From: an uncultured Methylomirabilota bacterium
Lineage (GTDB): Bacteria > Methylomirabilota > Methylomirabilia > Methylomirabilales > 2-02-FULL-66-22
DNA length: 64,000 nt
Direction: 5' to 3'
Assembly: GCA_963842855.1 (NCBI GenBank)
Contig: CAWJHW010000004.1
Coordinates: 328,684 to 392,683, forward strand
Below, piece after piece: positions 27,474-38,386 of this stretch. How positions within the stretch are numbered: position 1 is the stretch's first letter; each line of letters starts with the position of its first letter. The translations under genes and the position numbers were made by a program. Under the pieces are notes generated by a model, which had not been told where the DNA came from, made no database searches, and saw nothing but the letters and a program-made list of their open reading frames with translations.

Positions 27474-27514
27474 AATGTCTGACCCCAATGTGAGCCAATA
27501 TGGGGTCAGACATT
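27474..27514. terminator. perfect 14 bp inverted repeat (bidirectional terminator-like hairpin)
   Basis: AATGTCTGACCCCA - 13 nt loop - TGGGGTCAGACATT, in AT-rich sequence between convergent genes. Confidence 0.5.
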
Positions 27515-27556
27515 AGTAATTCTATATCTGGCATGGGCGGGGGCGGGAAGGGAAGA

Positions 27557-27694
27557 TCAGAGATTGGTGGTGAAGGCCTGCTGGCCCTGGCCGGCTAGGG
27601 CCGCGACCGTGGCAGCGGCCAGCTCCGCGTCGTGGGCGTGGTCCAGGACGAAGGCCACAATCAGCAACGCGGCCTCTAGCCCACGGGACCTCAT
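27557..27694 (-). CDS. small protein (45 aa), last gene of receiver/anti-sigma module
   Basis: Its ATG overlaps the upstream stop (ATGA). The sequence is MRSRGLEAALLIVAFVLDHAHD... The analogous small ORF at 47794..47976 follows the paralogous anti-sigma gene in the same way. Confidence 0.35.
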   Translation of the reverse strand: MRSRGLEAALLIVAFVLDHAHDAELAAATVAALAGQGQQAFTTNL

Positions 27695-28146
27695 GGCGCG
27701 TCACCCTCCAGCACGGCGGCCAGCACGAGATCCGATTGAGGGGCTGCGACACCGAATGCGATCTCATCACTCAAGGACCAGTCATCCGTTGGTAGGAGGC
27801 TGATCGATGGTGGGACCGCGACAAACTGATTCAGTAGGACGAGTCCGGCCACCAGAGCCGCGAAGGCGGGGACGAGGCCCCACGCAGGGCGCCATGGATC
27901 CGCCGTCCTCGGTGCCGGGAGGTGCCCGACCGGAAGGGCCCCGAGGACGCGGTCCACAAACCGCGGCGGTAGCTCCGGCGCGTCGGCCAGCACCGCGAGC
28001 AACCCCCGGGTCATCCGCAGGGCCGCCAGGGTGCGGCGACAGGCCGGACACGCCGCCAGGTGCCGCTGGATCTCGGCGGGGAGCTGAGCCGGAGGGCGCG
28101 AGGCAAGGTCGTGCCTCCTCTTACCGACCTGTCGGCACGTGCTCAT
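27691..28146 (-). CDS. zf-HC2 anti-sigma-factor-like membrane protein
   Basis: The H-x3-C-x2-C motif (HLAACPAC) is present. There is one central TM (WGLVPAFAALVAGLVLL). It is a paralog of 47973..48431. Confidence 0.7.
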   Translation of the reverse strand: MSTCRQVGKRRHDLASRPPAQLPAEIQRHLAACPACRRTLAALRMTRGLLAVLADAPELPPRFVDRVLGALPVGHLPAPRTADPWRPAWGLVPAFAALVAGLVLLNQFVAVPPSISLLPTDDWSLSDEIAFGVAAPQSDLVLAAVLEGDAP

Positions 28147-28202
28147 CTCGCACCTTATTTACCGCGCGCTCGGGCCGGCTCCTCGGTGGGTCGGGGTGAT
28201 GC

Positions 28203-28565
28203 CTACAGCAGGAGGTAGGCGATTAGGGCCTGGAGGAGCACGGCCGCACATGGCTTCGCCAGGAAGCCGCGGGCCCCCAGGCGGCGCATGTGTCGCACGG
28301 TCTCCGGGGTGGCATCCGCGCTCATCATCACCACGGGGAGCCCCGGGCGCGACTGCCGGAGGTCCTGAAGGACGGTGCCCCCATCCCCGTCCAGCAGCCG
28401 AATGTCCAGGAGGACCAAATCCGGTGGGGACTCCCGGGCACTCGCGAGTCCCTCTGCGGCCGATGCCGCCTCCCGCACCCGGTACCCGAAGCGGGCGAGC
28501 ACCTTGGCAAGCGACCAACGAGTAAGCTTGTCGTCGTCGATGACGAGGATCTCGCGCGTCACCAT
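28203..28565 (-). CDS. single-domain CheY-like response regulator
   Basis: ILVIDDD, DLVLLDIRLLDGDG (phospho-acceptor Asp context), VVMMSA, FLAKP. There is no output domain. Confidence 0.85.
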   Translation of the reverse strand: MVTREILVIDDDKLTRWSLAKVLARFGYRVREAASAAEGLASARESPPDLVLLDIRLLDGDGGTVLQDLRQSRPGLPVVMMSADATPETVRHMRRLGARGFLAKPCAAVLLQALIAYLLL

Positions 28566-28754
28566 TCACTCCCCCGGAGGCGCTCCGACCCCTCCTCCCC
28601 CGTCCGCATCCCGTGCCTGCCAGACCCGCCGGAGCCAGGTCCCCCCGGTAGCGGCGACGGCCGGCCATATGTTCCTGACTCCCGCCCAGAAGCGCCACCA
28701 GCCGATCACCGCCAGGGCCACCCCACTGCAGCCGGCTTGCCAGGGTCCGTTCAT
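28566..28754 (-). CDS. small single-TM protein (62 aa)
   Basis: MNGPWQAGCSGVALAVIGWWRFWAGV... Its stop directly abuts the receiver ATG (TGAATG). A paralogous copy lies at 45749..45970. Confidence 0.45.
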   Translation of the reverse strand: MNGPWQAGCSGVALAVIGWWRFWAGVRNIWPAVAATGGTWLRRVWQARDADGGGGVGAPPGE

Positions 28755-29190
28755 CCGAGGGCACCCCCCACCATCACTCCCTGGTTCCGCCAGATCTCCG
28801 AAATCGGCCGCATGGCCGTCGGGGGTATGGGAGCAGCATGAGAAAAACCCGGCAGGTTTCACTGCGGCGTAGGTGAGGCCCCACCATCCCCCGTGGCGTC
28901 CTGCGAAATCTTTGGCCTGGTTCAGGAACACCATCTACCACTACGGTGCCGGCGACCGCTATGTTTCGGGACGCGGCGCATTATCTGCGCAAAAGGCGCA
29001 TGAGTTCCTCTTGGACTCGTCGTCAGACTCCCCCCGCAGGCGCGTCCGAACCCTGTCAGGCGAGACTATTCACTCCCATTCGGGCCGGCAAAGCCTCCAA
29101 GTGGTACTCGTGATGGCGGCCGACCGACATCAGCGTGAGAACCGATGAAGCTTTTGGGGACCGCAGTCCCGCTCCGCCAGGGTTAACCCC

Positions 29191-29832
29191 TCACGCCGTG
29201 CTTTCCTGGGCCCTCAGTGCGTTGGTCAGAGGCACGCGGCGAATCAGGCGGGCCTGCTCCACGTCCAAGAGGCCTTCTCGCCTCCCCCAGTCGGCGATGT
29301 CCGCCCAGGTGAGGGCCTCCGCGCGGTTCGAGCTCCTCGCGCCTGTCCGGTCGGCGCAGACCCGCCGAGCAATGTGAAGGACCAGGGGGTCTGAGCCTTC
29401 AACGAGGAGGCGGCGGATCAGGTTGCCCTGCTGTTGCCGATCCCGCCGCAGGGCCTCGGCGGTTGGCTGCCCCTGCGTTGCGACGATGCTGTCCACGGCC
29501 TCACGGAGCTGCACCCCCGAGAGAGGCTTGCGGAGCACATCGGCCACGCGGCCCACCTCTTTCTGGTGGAGGGCGGCCTCGCGCTGCCACGTGATGGCCA
29601 GCACAGGAATGTGCGCCGTCTCGGGATGGCTCTCCAAGCGGGCCAGCAATTCCTCTCCTCGCACATCAAGTAGCTCTAGGTCGAGCACGATTACATCCGG
29701 CTGCTCTCCGGCCTCGCGGAGGGCCGCCTGGGCAGTGGACGCCAGGGTGGGGAGATGTCCCGCCTGGCGTAGGGTGCGTACCATCTGTCGGGCCAGCACC
29801 CCGTCCTCTTCCACGATTAAGATCGCCGCCAA
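29191..29832 (-). CDS. response regulator: receiver domain plus C-terminal domain of unknown function
   Basis: The likely TTG start gives (M)AAILIVEEDG, matching the reconstructed MAAILIVEDDE of the IS-disrupted paralog. The receiver domain shows DVIVLDLELLD, VLAIT and LRKP. The C-terminal region of about 90 aa has no recognisable HTH. Confidence 0.65.
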   Translation of the reverse strand: MAAILIVEEDGVLARQMVRTLRQAGHLPTLASTAQAALREAGEQPDVIVLDLELLDVRGEELLARLESHPETAHIPVLAITWQREAALHQKEVGRVADVLRKPLSGVQLREAVDSIVATQGQPTAEALRRDRQQQGNLIRRLLVEGSDPLVLHIARRVCADRTGARSSNRAEALTWADIADWGRREGLLDVEQARLIRRVPLTNALRAQESTA

Positions 29833-30009
29833 GGCGTACCATCCTTTCTGGAGGGTGCGCTCCACCCCCGTCGCACGCCCGGGCGCACTACACCGGCCCA
29901 GAGCGCGAGGGGGGCCGTGCACCATCCGGCAATCGGCCTGTAAGAGTGTTCTCTGGAGAGGTGGCTCGCCAACATCCGGTGGCCACCATGCCTCCTTTCG
30001 GGTCAGTTG

Positions 30010-30288
30010 CTATCCCGACTGGTCCGCGACCGATCCAACCGTCTCACCGGTCCCGCGAAACCAACGACACTGGGTGAATTCCACTCTCGTGCAGTACCTC
30101 CCGTACTCCTCAATGCTGGGAATCATGAACCACCCCGGGGACCGGGACAGGACACAATGGCCTCGCACCGGGTACAGTCCCTCGAGGTCGCACGGCCGGA
30201 ATTGCGGGCACAAGGCTTGTGACTTCTCGCGAGGGCATTCCGCCCACGCCTCAACCTGGTATGGGTTCCTTCTCTTCTGAGCGTTCAT
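30010..30288 (-). CDS. Cys-rich hypothetical protein (92 aa)
   Basis: GAGGGGA SD. It has seven Cys, including ECPxxxxxxLCPxxxPC, GHC, YCTRVEFTQC. It lies directly upstream (same strand) of the response regulator. Confidence 0.4.
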   Translation of the reverse strand: MNAQKRRNPYQVEAWAECPREKSQALCPQFRPCDLEGLYPVRGHCVLSRSPGWFMIPSIEEYGRYCTRVEFTQCRWFRGTGETVGSVADQSG

Positions 30289-30783
30289 GGAGTACTCCCC
30301 TCAGCGGCAAATGATCAGGGCGCGATGCCCTCAGAGGCATGTATTCCTCCGACACATGGAGCGCCCGGTCATATCAGGGACCGGCAAGGTCCGTTCCCCG
30401 TGGCCGCAAACGTTGGCGTGCCCGCCAGTCGCCAGTCCCCCACACCAAACGGGGCTCAGGAAATACGCTCGCGGATATGGTCAGCCCTCCGACCACAGCA
30501 CGCTCTTCCTTGGACTTCCCCACCCTACATCTGGGTTCAACGGCCCAAGGCTCCCCCACCCTGAGCGAGAGTCCCGAAGGACCCAACGAGGCTGGCGTCG
30601 CAACGGCATTCCGGGACTGCAAGGCCACCAGAGACACCCACGACGTGCATGGCGCTAAGTATGGCTAGCCGTCCCAGGCTACCGGAAGTGGCCGGCGGCC
30701 CCGGGGACGCGGGCATGACACCGCGCGGCCCAACGCAAGAAATTTGAAGCCTTTACCAAACGATCGGAGCGAGTTGGGGAACG

Positions 30784-31188
30784 TCAGATCGCGCGGGCAG
30801 GGGTACTAGGCGGCTCATCGCCTGGTGCAGGTGAGGGGAGGGAGGCGCGGTGTATGTCCACGCGGGCACGGATCCTCGTGAGCCGTTCACAAGAGATGGC
30901 TGGAACGGCGACCGGACAGCGAGAAAAACCCGTGCAAGACTGTTGAAGGACTACCAGGGCGTGCAGGTGGCCCAGGGCCTCCTGGACCGCAAATGCCCCG
31001 TGACGCATGATCCCCTCCGCCTCAGCCACGGTGGGCTGCGAGGGGATGGGGGGCTGGAAGATGCGCTTGTACAAGTCGGAGCCGTCGAGATCGAGCACCT
31101 CGAAGACCATGAAGACCCCGACGGCTGCAAGTGAAATTAGAACTACCACCCACCAGGCCGGGGATCTCGAGGGAAGCAGCCGCCTCAT
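30784..31188 (-). CDS. hypothetical membrane-anchored protein (134 aa)
   Basis: N-terminal TM AWWVVVLISLAAVGVFMVF. No domain recognised. Confidence 0.35.
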   Translation of the reverse strand: MRRLLPSRSPAWWVVVLISLAAVGVFMVFEVLDLDGSDLYKRIFQPPIPSQPTVAEAEGIMRHGAFAVQEALGHLHALVVLQQSCTGFSRCPVAVPAISCERLTRIRARVDIHRASLPSPAPGDEPPSTPARAI

Positions 31189-31294
31189 TCCACGCCTCTT
31201 GAACGCCCTTGTCGGGTCAATGCCGTGGATCTCGGGAGCTGAGGTAAATATACCACACGCCTTCGACCACCCACCACCGGCCTAGCCGCCTGTG

Positions 31295-31940
31295 ATGCCG
31301 AGTAGCCCCGGGGACTTTCACCCCGAGGCCCTCACAGATCCGTACGTGACTGTCTCCAGTCATACGGCTCGTGCCACTCATCGAAGGCTGCCGCCTTCTG
31401 CCGATCCCGGCGAGCTCCTCCCGTTACCGGTTGGCCCGGGGGAATCGGTGGAGTGACCTGCCCCCTTCGCTCCCCAGGCGTTACCCTGGTTCAACGCTAC
31501 TCCGGGGCAGTCCGCCCCTTGCCAGCGCATCGGTACTTTCGGCCTCGCGGGTCCGCCGCTTGGGCCTTTTCCCTTGGCATCACCGGCAAGGTTCTCACGT
31601 TCCATACAGGAGCCCAGATTGGGGTCACGCCACCTATACACCGGACACCACATGGCCAGTAACCAGGTTCCCGCCATGCTGCTCCCAGACCGAGGGTGCG
31701 AGTCTGGTTTTGATGTCGTCTAAAGGCTTTCGATGCGTCAGCAGTGGTTCGCTTGCGCTCGTCTCCCCAACCCCCACCTGACATGATCACCGTCACGCCT
31801 TTTCCCCTGACGCTCACCACCACAGCTTTTGGCTGCAGCAGCTCAGGGTGGTTTGGAGCCTCTGCCTGTACAGCGGCTCCGAAGGGCCCTCCTTCATCTC
31901 CTGTACAGCAGGCACCCCATGGTGCGTCGTGACGCAACAC
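31295..31940 (-). mobile_element. group II intron ribozyme, apparently ORF-less (about 650 nt)
   Basis: Canonical domain V lies at 31337..31370. Domain VI follows as GAG-GGCC-TCGGGG [TGAAAGT] CCCCGG-GGCT-A-CTC, with a bulged branch-point A 8 nt before a terminal AT (3' end at 31295). No reverse-transcriptase ORF lies between the 5' region and DV. The 5' boundary is uncertain because no exact GUGYG was found (GUGUUG lies at 31940). Confidence 0.7.
31337..31370 (-). ncRNA. group II intron domain V
   Basis: The minus strand reads GAGCCGTAT-GACTG-GAGA-CAGTC-ACGTACGGATC. This gives the AGC triad, a 2-nt bulge context, a GNRA-like loop, and the 34 nt length of the DV consensus. Confidence 0.85.
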
Positions 31941-32252
31941 CCCCGGGCCTCCTGGCCGGTACCCCTTCGTAGACTATAATACGCGACTACCCCCAGTTGT
32001 GTTTCAGAGGATGGAGAAGATTCTGTGGACGGCGGAGGAGCATCAGATCGGGCGGCCGCTGGTTTCCTCTGGATCCAGCTCCTAAGGTGGATAATTCGCG
32101 TCGACCGGCGCCCCCGTCCCGAAACGCTCCCATGAGCCGCGAGCGCCGGAGTACGAGCACCATCGGTCGCGCCGCGTCAGTCCTTCCGCACTGCGACATC
32201 GGGACGGCTCATTCCGGGCTGGCCATGGGCACCGTCAGCATGGATACGCGCG

Positions 32253-32474
32253 TCAGTATCGACATGTTTCACCCGTGGTCCGGAACGCTTCGATACGATG
32301 CCTTCCTCGACCATGCTCTTCGCAAGGAAGCAAGCGACAACGCGAGAACGGACGGTGCCATTGCGGATCACGGCTCCCCCATAGCCACCCGAGGCTGACG
32401 ATCACCGCAGCAATCAGCACGCCGGTCGAAGACGGCTCATTCAGAATCATGGAAAGCTGGACGCTATTCATCAT
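32253..32474 (-). CDS. small hypothetical protein, hydrophobic N-terminus
   Basis: GGGAGGA SD before ATGATG, 12 nt after the upstream stop. The N-terminus is VLIAAVIVSLGWLWG. The C-terminal half is Arg-rich and may be out of frame. Confidence 0.3.
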   Translation of the reverse strand: MMNSVQLSMILNEPSSTGVLIAAVIVSLGWLWGSRDPQWHRPFSRCRLLPCEEHGRGRHRIEAFRTTGETCRY

Positions 32475-32486
32475 TCCTCCCCATCG

Positions 32487-33038
32487 CTAGTCATCGTCCG
32501 CCCGCGGGAGGAGTCCGCGTCCCACGTCGACCTTCAGCGTCCCTACCGCGCGGTCCTCGAACAGGAGGGAGACACCCCAGGCCTGTCCCTGTTCCATGGA
32601 CCACGCCCAGTCCCTGATCTCCAATTGGTGAAGGGCGCAGTCTACGGCCGGCCGGAGCCCCGTGAGATCCCGCACGTCGCCTCCCGCTGTGGGGGGCTCC
32701 TCCCCGGCCAGGAATCGCCCGGTTCCAGGATCCACTCGGAGATGGGCCACGACCCGCTCGTCGTCCAGGAGTTCGGCTTGAACCCACGGGCGTCCAAACC
32801 ACTTGGGGGGGGGACGGTCAGCCGACCGAGGCTCCACTAGGCCCGGCGCTCCCTGGCCGGGTGCAGGGCCTCGGTGGAGGTCGCCCCAAGTAGGCTCTCC
32901 GCCGCCTGGGCGAGGGCGCCACCACAGAGGAAGAATGCGGTCAAGACTGGAAGAAGTCGGGAGCCCATGACCCCGAGAAGATACTCGGGGATACCTGAAG
33001 GAATCCTGAAGCCCCGATGAATTCTTCTTCAGAATCAA
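32487..33038 (-). CDS. hypothetical protein (183 aa)
   Basis: Complete ORF. The C-terminal ~100 aa are non-repetitive (WVQAELLDDERVVAHLRVDPGTGRF...). Start uncertain. No domain recognised. Confidence 0.3.
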   Translation of the reverse strand: MILKKNSSGLQDSFRYPRVSSRGHGLPTSSSLDRILPLWWRPRPGGGEPTWGDLHRGPAPGQGAPGLVEPRSADRPPPKWFGRPWVQAELLDDERVVAHLRVDPGTGRFLAGEEPPTAGGDVRDLTGLRPAVDCALHQLEIRDWAWSMEQGQAWGVSLLFEDRAVGTLKVDVGRGLLPRADDD

Positions 33039-33382
33039 GCCGAAGCGTCAGCAGGCGGCCAGTGGGAGGCGGGCGATGAAGGTGGTTCCCGCCCCCGGCG
33101 TGCTCTCCGCGGCGCAATTCGGTGTAAAAATTTGCTTGGGGATAGGAAAGGATTTCAAGGACCTCCACGGCACGCCTGATTCTCACCCGTCGATTGCCTC
33201 CCTTCAACCGTTTTCGACGAGGATGCCCTCGCTCAGCTCCCGCACGGGCGCCGGGTGCAGCACGTGTGGCTCAAGCGGCGGTACCGGGTCTTCTCTCTCC
33301 ACGTAGCCCGTCTATGCTGTGCAAGCCTGCCACGGCGTTATCCGTGGTTCCCCTGTGAGGGGACCACCGGCATTGTCGGGGA

Positions 33383-34832
33383 CTAAGGCGGCACGGATTC
33401 CCAGCCGCCACCGAGGGCTTTGTACAGCGCGATCAGGTCGGTTGCGATGTTTTGCTCGCTCTGCACCAGCGCATTTTCGGCCTGGTAGAGTGCGGTCTGC
33501 GCTACGAGCACATTGACGAAATCTGTCAAGCCCTCGGAATACAACAGGGTTGACAGGTCCACGGCCTTCCGGTTGGCGGCGACGGCGTCCTGCAACGCCT
33601 GCCGATGCCGCTGTTCGTTCGTGAACGCAACCAAGGCGGATTCGACGTCCTGGAACGCCGCGAGCACGGTCTTCTGATAGGTGACGAACGCTTGATCCCG
33701 TAGTGCTTCCTGGACCCGGATGTTCGCCACCAGCGCGCCCCCCTGGAAGATCGGCCAGGTCACCGACGGCCCGACGCCAAACGAGCGGCTGACGTCGCTC
33801 CACCACGTGCCGAGCAGGTTGCTCTGCCAGCTTACCGACCCCGTCAGCGAAAACTGCGGGAAGAGATCGGCGGTGGCCACGCCGATCTGCGCCGTGGCGG
33901 CATGCAGTTGCGCCTCGGCCTCCCGAATGTCGGGCCGGCGGCGCACGAGGTCCGACGGCAGCCCGGCCGGCACTGCCGCCGGCACGCTGGGCAAGGGGCC
34001 AGTCGGCGCCAGCTCGGTCACCAAGGCGGCGGGGGGGCGGGCCAGCAGCACGCTCAGGGCATAGATGGCCTGCTGGGCCGTCGTTTCGAACCCCGGGATC
34101 TGCGCCGCGGTCGTCGCCACGTTGGCGTCGGCGTTGGCCACGTCCAGGAGGCTCACGAATCCCGCGCTGTACTTCTGGCGGGTGATCTCGGCAGTATGCT
34201 GCTGAGCGAGCACGTTCTTCTGCGCGACCGCGATCTCTTGCTGGGCCCCGCGGAGCTGCACGTAATTGAGCGCTACTTCGGCCACGAGGCTGACCTGGAC
34301 GTCGCGAAGGCTTTCCACGGCCGCCTGGATGTTCGCGGAAGCCGACTCGACATTGCGGCGCACCCCGCCGAACACGTCCAGTTCCCAGACGGCGTCCAGG
34401 CCGGACTGGAAGAGATCCGCGGTGCCGTTATCCGGGGTGACCCCGGCCGTGTGCCCGCGCTGGTACGCAGCGGACGCGGTGACGGCCGGCCAGAGCCCCC
34501 CGACGGCGACCCCCCGTGCGGCACGGGCCTGGCGGAGGCGGGCCTCGGCGAGTTGAAGGTCGAGGTTCGCCGTCACCGCCGCCTCGACTAATTCCGTCAA
34601 GGTCGGGTCCTTAAACTGCGCCCACCAGTGCGTCAGCTCTGCGGGCTCCGCGGTGGCGACGGACGGCTGGGTCGCGGGCGCCGTCGCCACGCCGGCCCAG
34701 GCATCTGGCGCCGTCACCTGCGGCGGGTGGTAATCGGGGCCGACCATGCAGCCGCTGGCCAGCCCCGCGAACACCCCGACGACCGCCAGCATGAGCGAGC
34801 ACCGCCGTCCGCCCCTCGTCATCACCGCCCCC

Positions 34833-34840
<8 letters not shown>
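33383..34840 (-). CDS. efflux outer-membrane factor lipoprotein (NodT/OprM family)
   Basis: Lipobox LASGC followed by MVGPDYHPPQ, the signature start of NodT-family OMFs. It has two TolC-like repeats and overlaps the upstream permease stop by 8 nt. Confidence 0.88.
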
Positions 34841-36202
<1,362 letters not shown>

Positions 36203-36206
<4 letters not shown>

Positions 36207-36913
36207 GCCGCACCGCCGCGAGTGGGATCCACACTGCCGCCGTCGAGAAGGCCGTCCTTGATCCGGATGATCCGGTGCGCGTGGTGGGCCACCCCCGGAT
36301 CGTGAGTCACGAGGATGATCGTGATGCCGTCGGCGCGGTTGAGCTGCTGGAACATCTGGAGGATTTCCTCGCTGGTGCGCGAGTCGAGGTTGCCGGTTGG
36401 CTCGTCGGCGAGCACCAGTTGCGGGCGGTTAACCAGCGCCCGGGCGATCGCGACGCGCTGCTGCTGGCCGCCTGAGAGTTGCGAGGGCTGGTGCTCGCTA
36501 CGGTCCGCCAGGCCGACTCTCTCCAGGAACTGGGCCGCGCGCCGTCTCATCTCCTGCTCCGTGAGGTTTTCCTTGGTGTAGTTCAGCGGCATCAGCACGT
36601 TCTCGAGCGCGCTCGTGCGCGGCAAGAGATTGAAGGTTTGGAAGACGAAGCCGATCCGCCGGTTCCGCAACCGGGCGCGGTGCTTGGAACTCAGACGGGA
36701 AATCTCGCTGCCATCGAACCAGTACTCGCCGGCCGTGGGATGGTCGAGACAGCCAAGGATATTCATCAAGGTGCTCTTGCCGGAGCCGCTGACGCCCATC
36801 AGGGCCACCAGCTCGCCCGAGTCGATCTCGAGCGAAATGCCCTTGAGCACCGCCACATCCACTTCGCCGAGGTAATAAGTCTTATGGATGTTCCGTAACG
36901 CGATTAACGCCAT
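36203..36913 (-). CDS. macB: MacB-type ABC transporter ATP-binding protein
   Basis: Walker [11 protein letters not shown]-loop, signature [15 protein letters not shown], Walker [14 protein letters not shown]-loop VTHD. The ATG at 36913 is preceded by GAGGGGG. It lies in the same frame as the upstream macA ORF (see finding). Confidence 0.88.
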
Positions 36914-36932
36914 GCGCGGAGCCCCCTCACGG

Positions 36933-38386
36933 TCAGTCCGCACCCTTCCGGGGTCCCCCGCCCTGGCTATCGCCGCGGCCGCCCGGCCCCGGACCGGGTG
37001 CGCCGGGAGCCGTGCCAGGGGTGGCCCCGGATCCGCCGCCTGGGCCACCCGGCCCTGGTGCCCGCTGACGCCCGAATCGGAGCTGCGGCAGGAAGGGGCT
37101 GACGCCCCCGGCGCCGGGGCGCCCGCCACGTCCGTCGTCATTTCTCCGACAATGACCCGCTGGTTTTCGGCGAGCTCGGGGCCACTCACCTCCGTCTGCG
37201 TTGCGTCCGTCAAGCCCGTGGTCACCCCGATCGGCCGGACAAAGCTCCCCTGCTCGACCCAGAGGGTGCCGCGCCCGCCCGGCCGGCTGCCGCCCCCTCC
37301 TTGCGGTGGGCTGGCGGGGGCGTCGGTCCCCCGGTGAAAACCTGGCGCGATCTGGCTGGGCTGGGGGGTCCACCTCAGCGCGGCATTGGGGACCTGCAGC
37401 ACCTGGTGCCGGCGACCCGCCTCGAACTTGGCGTTGGCCGTCAGGTAGGGCAACAGCATGCCATTCGCGTTATCGGTATTCACCTCCACGGTGTAGGTGA
37501 CGACGTTCTGCGTCATCGTGGCGTTGAGCCGAATCCTACCGACGCGCCCGTGGAACACCCGGTCGGGAAACGCGTCCACGGTGAAGGTCACCGCCTGCCC
37601 GGGGTGAATGGTGCCGATGTCTGCCTCGTTGACCGAGGCCCAGACCTGGATGCGCTTGAGATCCTTGGCGATGAGGAACAGGCTGGGCGTGCTCATGCTG
37701 GAGACCACCGTCTGTCCGATGTTGACCCGCCGGTCGACGATCACCCCCTCGACGGGGGAGGTGATCGTGCAGTAGTCGAGGTTCTCCTGCGCCTTCGCCA
37801 GCGCCGCCTGGTCTTGCACCAGCGTCGCCCGTGCCAGCTCGACAGCCGCCACGGCCACGTCGACGTTCGCTTTCGCCACCTCGTAATTGGCCCGGTATTG
37901 ATCGAAGAGTGTCGGGGCTAACGCCTCGGAGGGCCCGAGCCGCTGGGCGCGCTCCCAGTCCGCCTGAGCCTGCAGCAGCTTCGCCTTCATCTGCTCGACG
38001 TTGGCGGTGGCGCTGACCAGGTTGGCCTGGGCTTGTTGCACTTGGGCCTTGGCGGTGTCGACATCGGCTGTATAGAGGGTGGCGTCAATCCGCGCCAGCA
38101 CCGTCCCGACCCCGACGACTGATCCGTAGTCGACCGGTTTCCCATGCTTGTCCGTGCCGAAGGCCTGGATCATCCCCGCTACTTGGGCCCCCACGTCCAC
38201 CACTTCCTCCGGCTCCACCGTGCCCGTGGCGTTGATCGTGGCCACCAGATCCCCGCGTTTTACCGGAACCGTGCGGAAGGTCGGCTGGTTATCGCGATCC
38301 GCCCGCAACCACCACGCGCCGGTGCCGCCGATCACGGCCACCCCGGCGACCCCCAGGATCAGGATTCCAAGAGTTCGTCGCATCAT
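36933..38386 (-). CDS. macA: MacA-type periplasmic adaptor (HlyD/RND MFP family), 3' end ambiguous
   Basis: N-terminal TM, barrel-sandwich and coiled-coil hairpin (QVQQAQANL...LLQAQADWERAQRL), TITSPVEGVIVDR. The body frame runs on into the ATPase gene. An alternative frame (track ORF 36933..37373) gives a Gly/Pro tail ending at TGA 36933, 17 nt before the ATPase ATG. Confidence 0.8.

Noticed and set aside
31290-31400. Protein-coding reading SRMTGDSHVRICEGLGVKVPGATR on the minus strand
   Set aside because: This peptide is the translation of group II intron domains V and VI. The nucleotide sequence fits the ribozyme consensus far better than any protein family.
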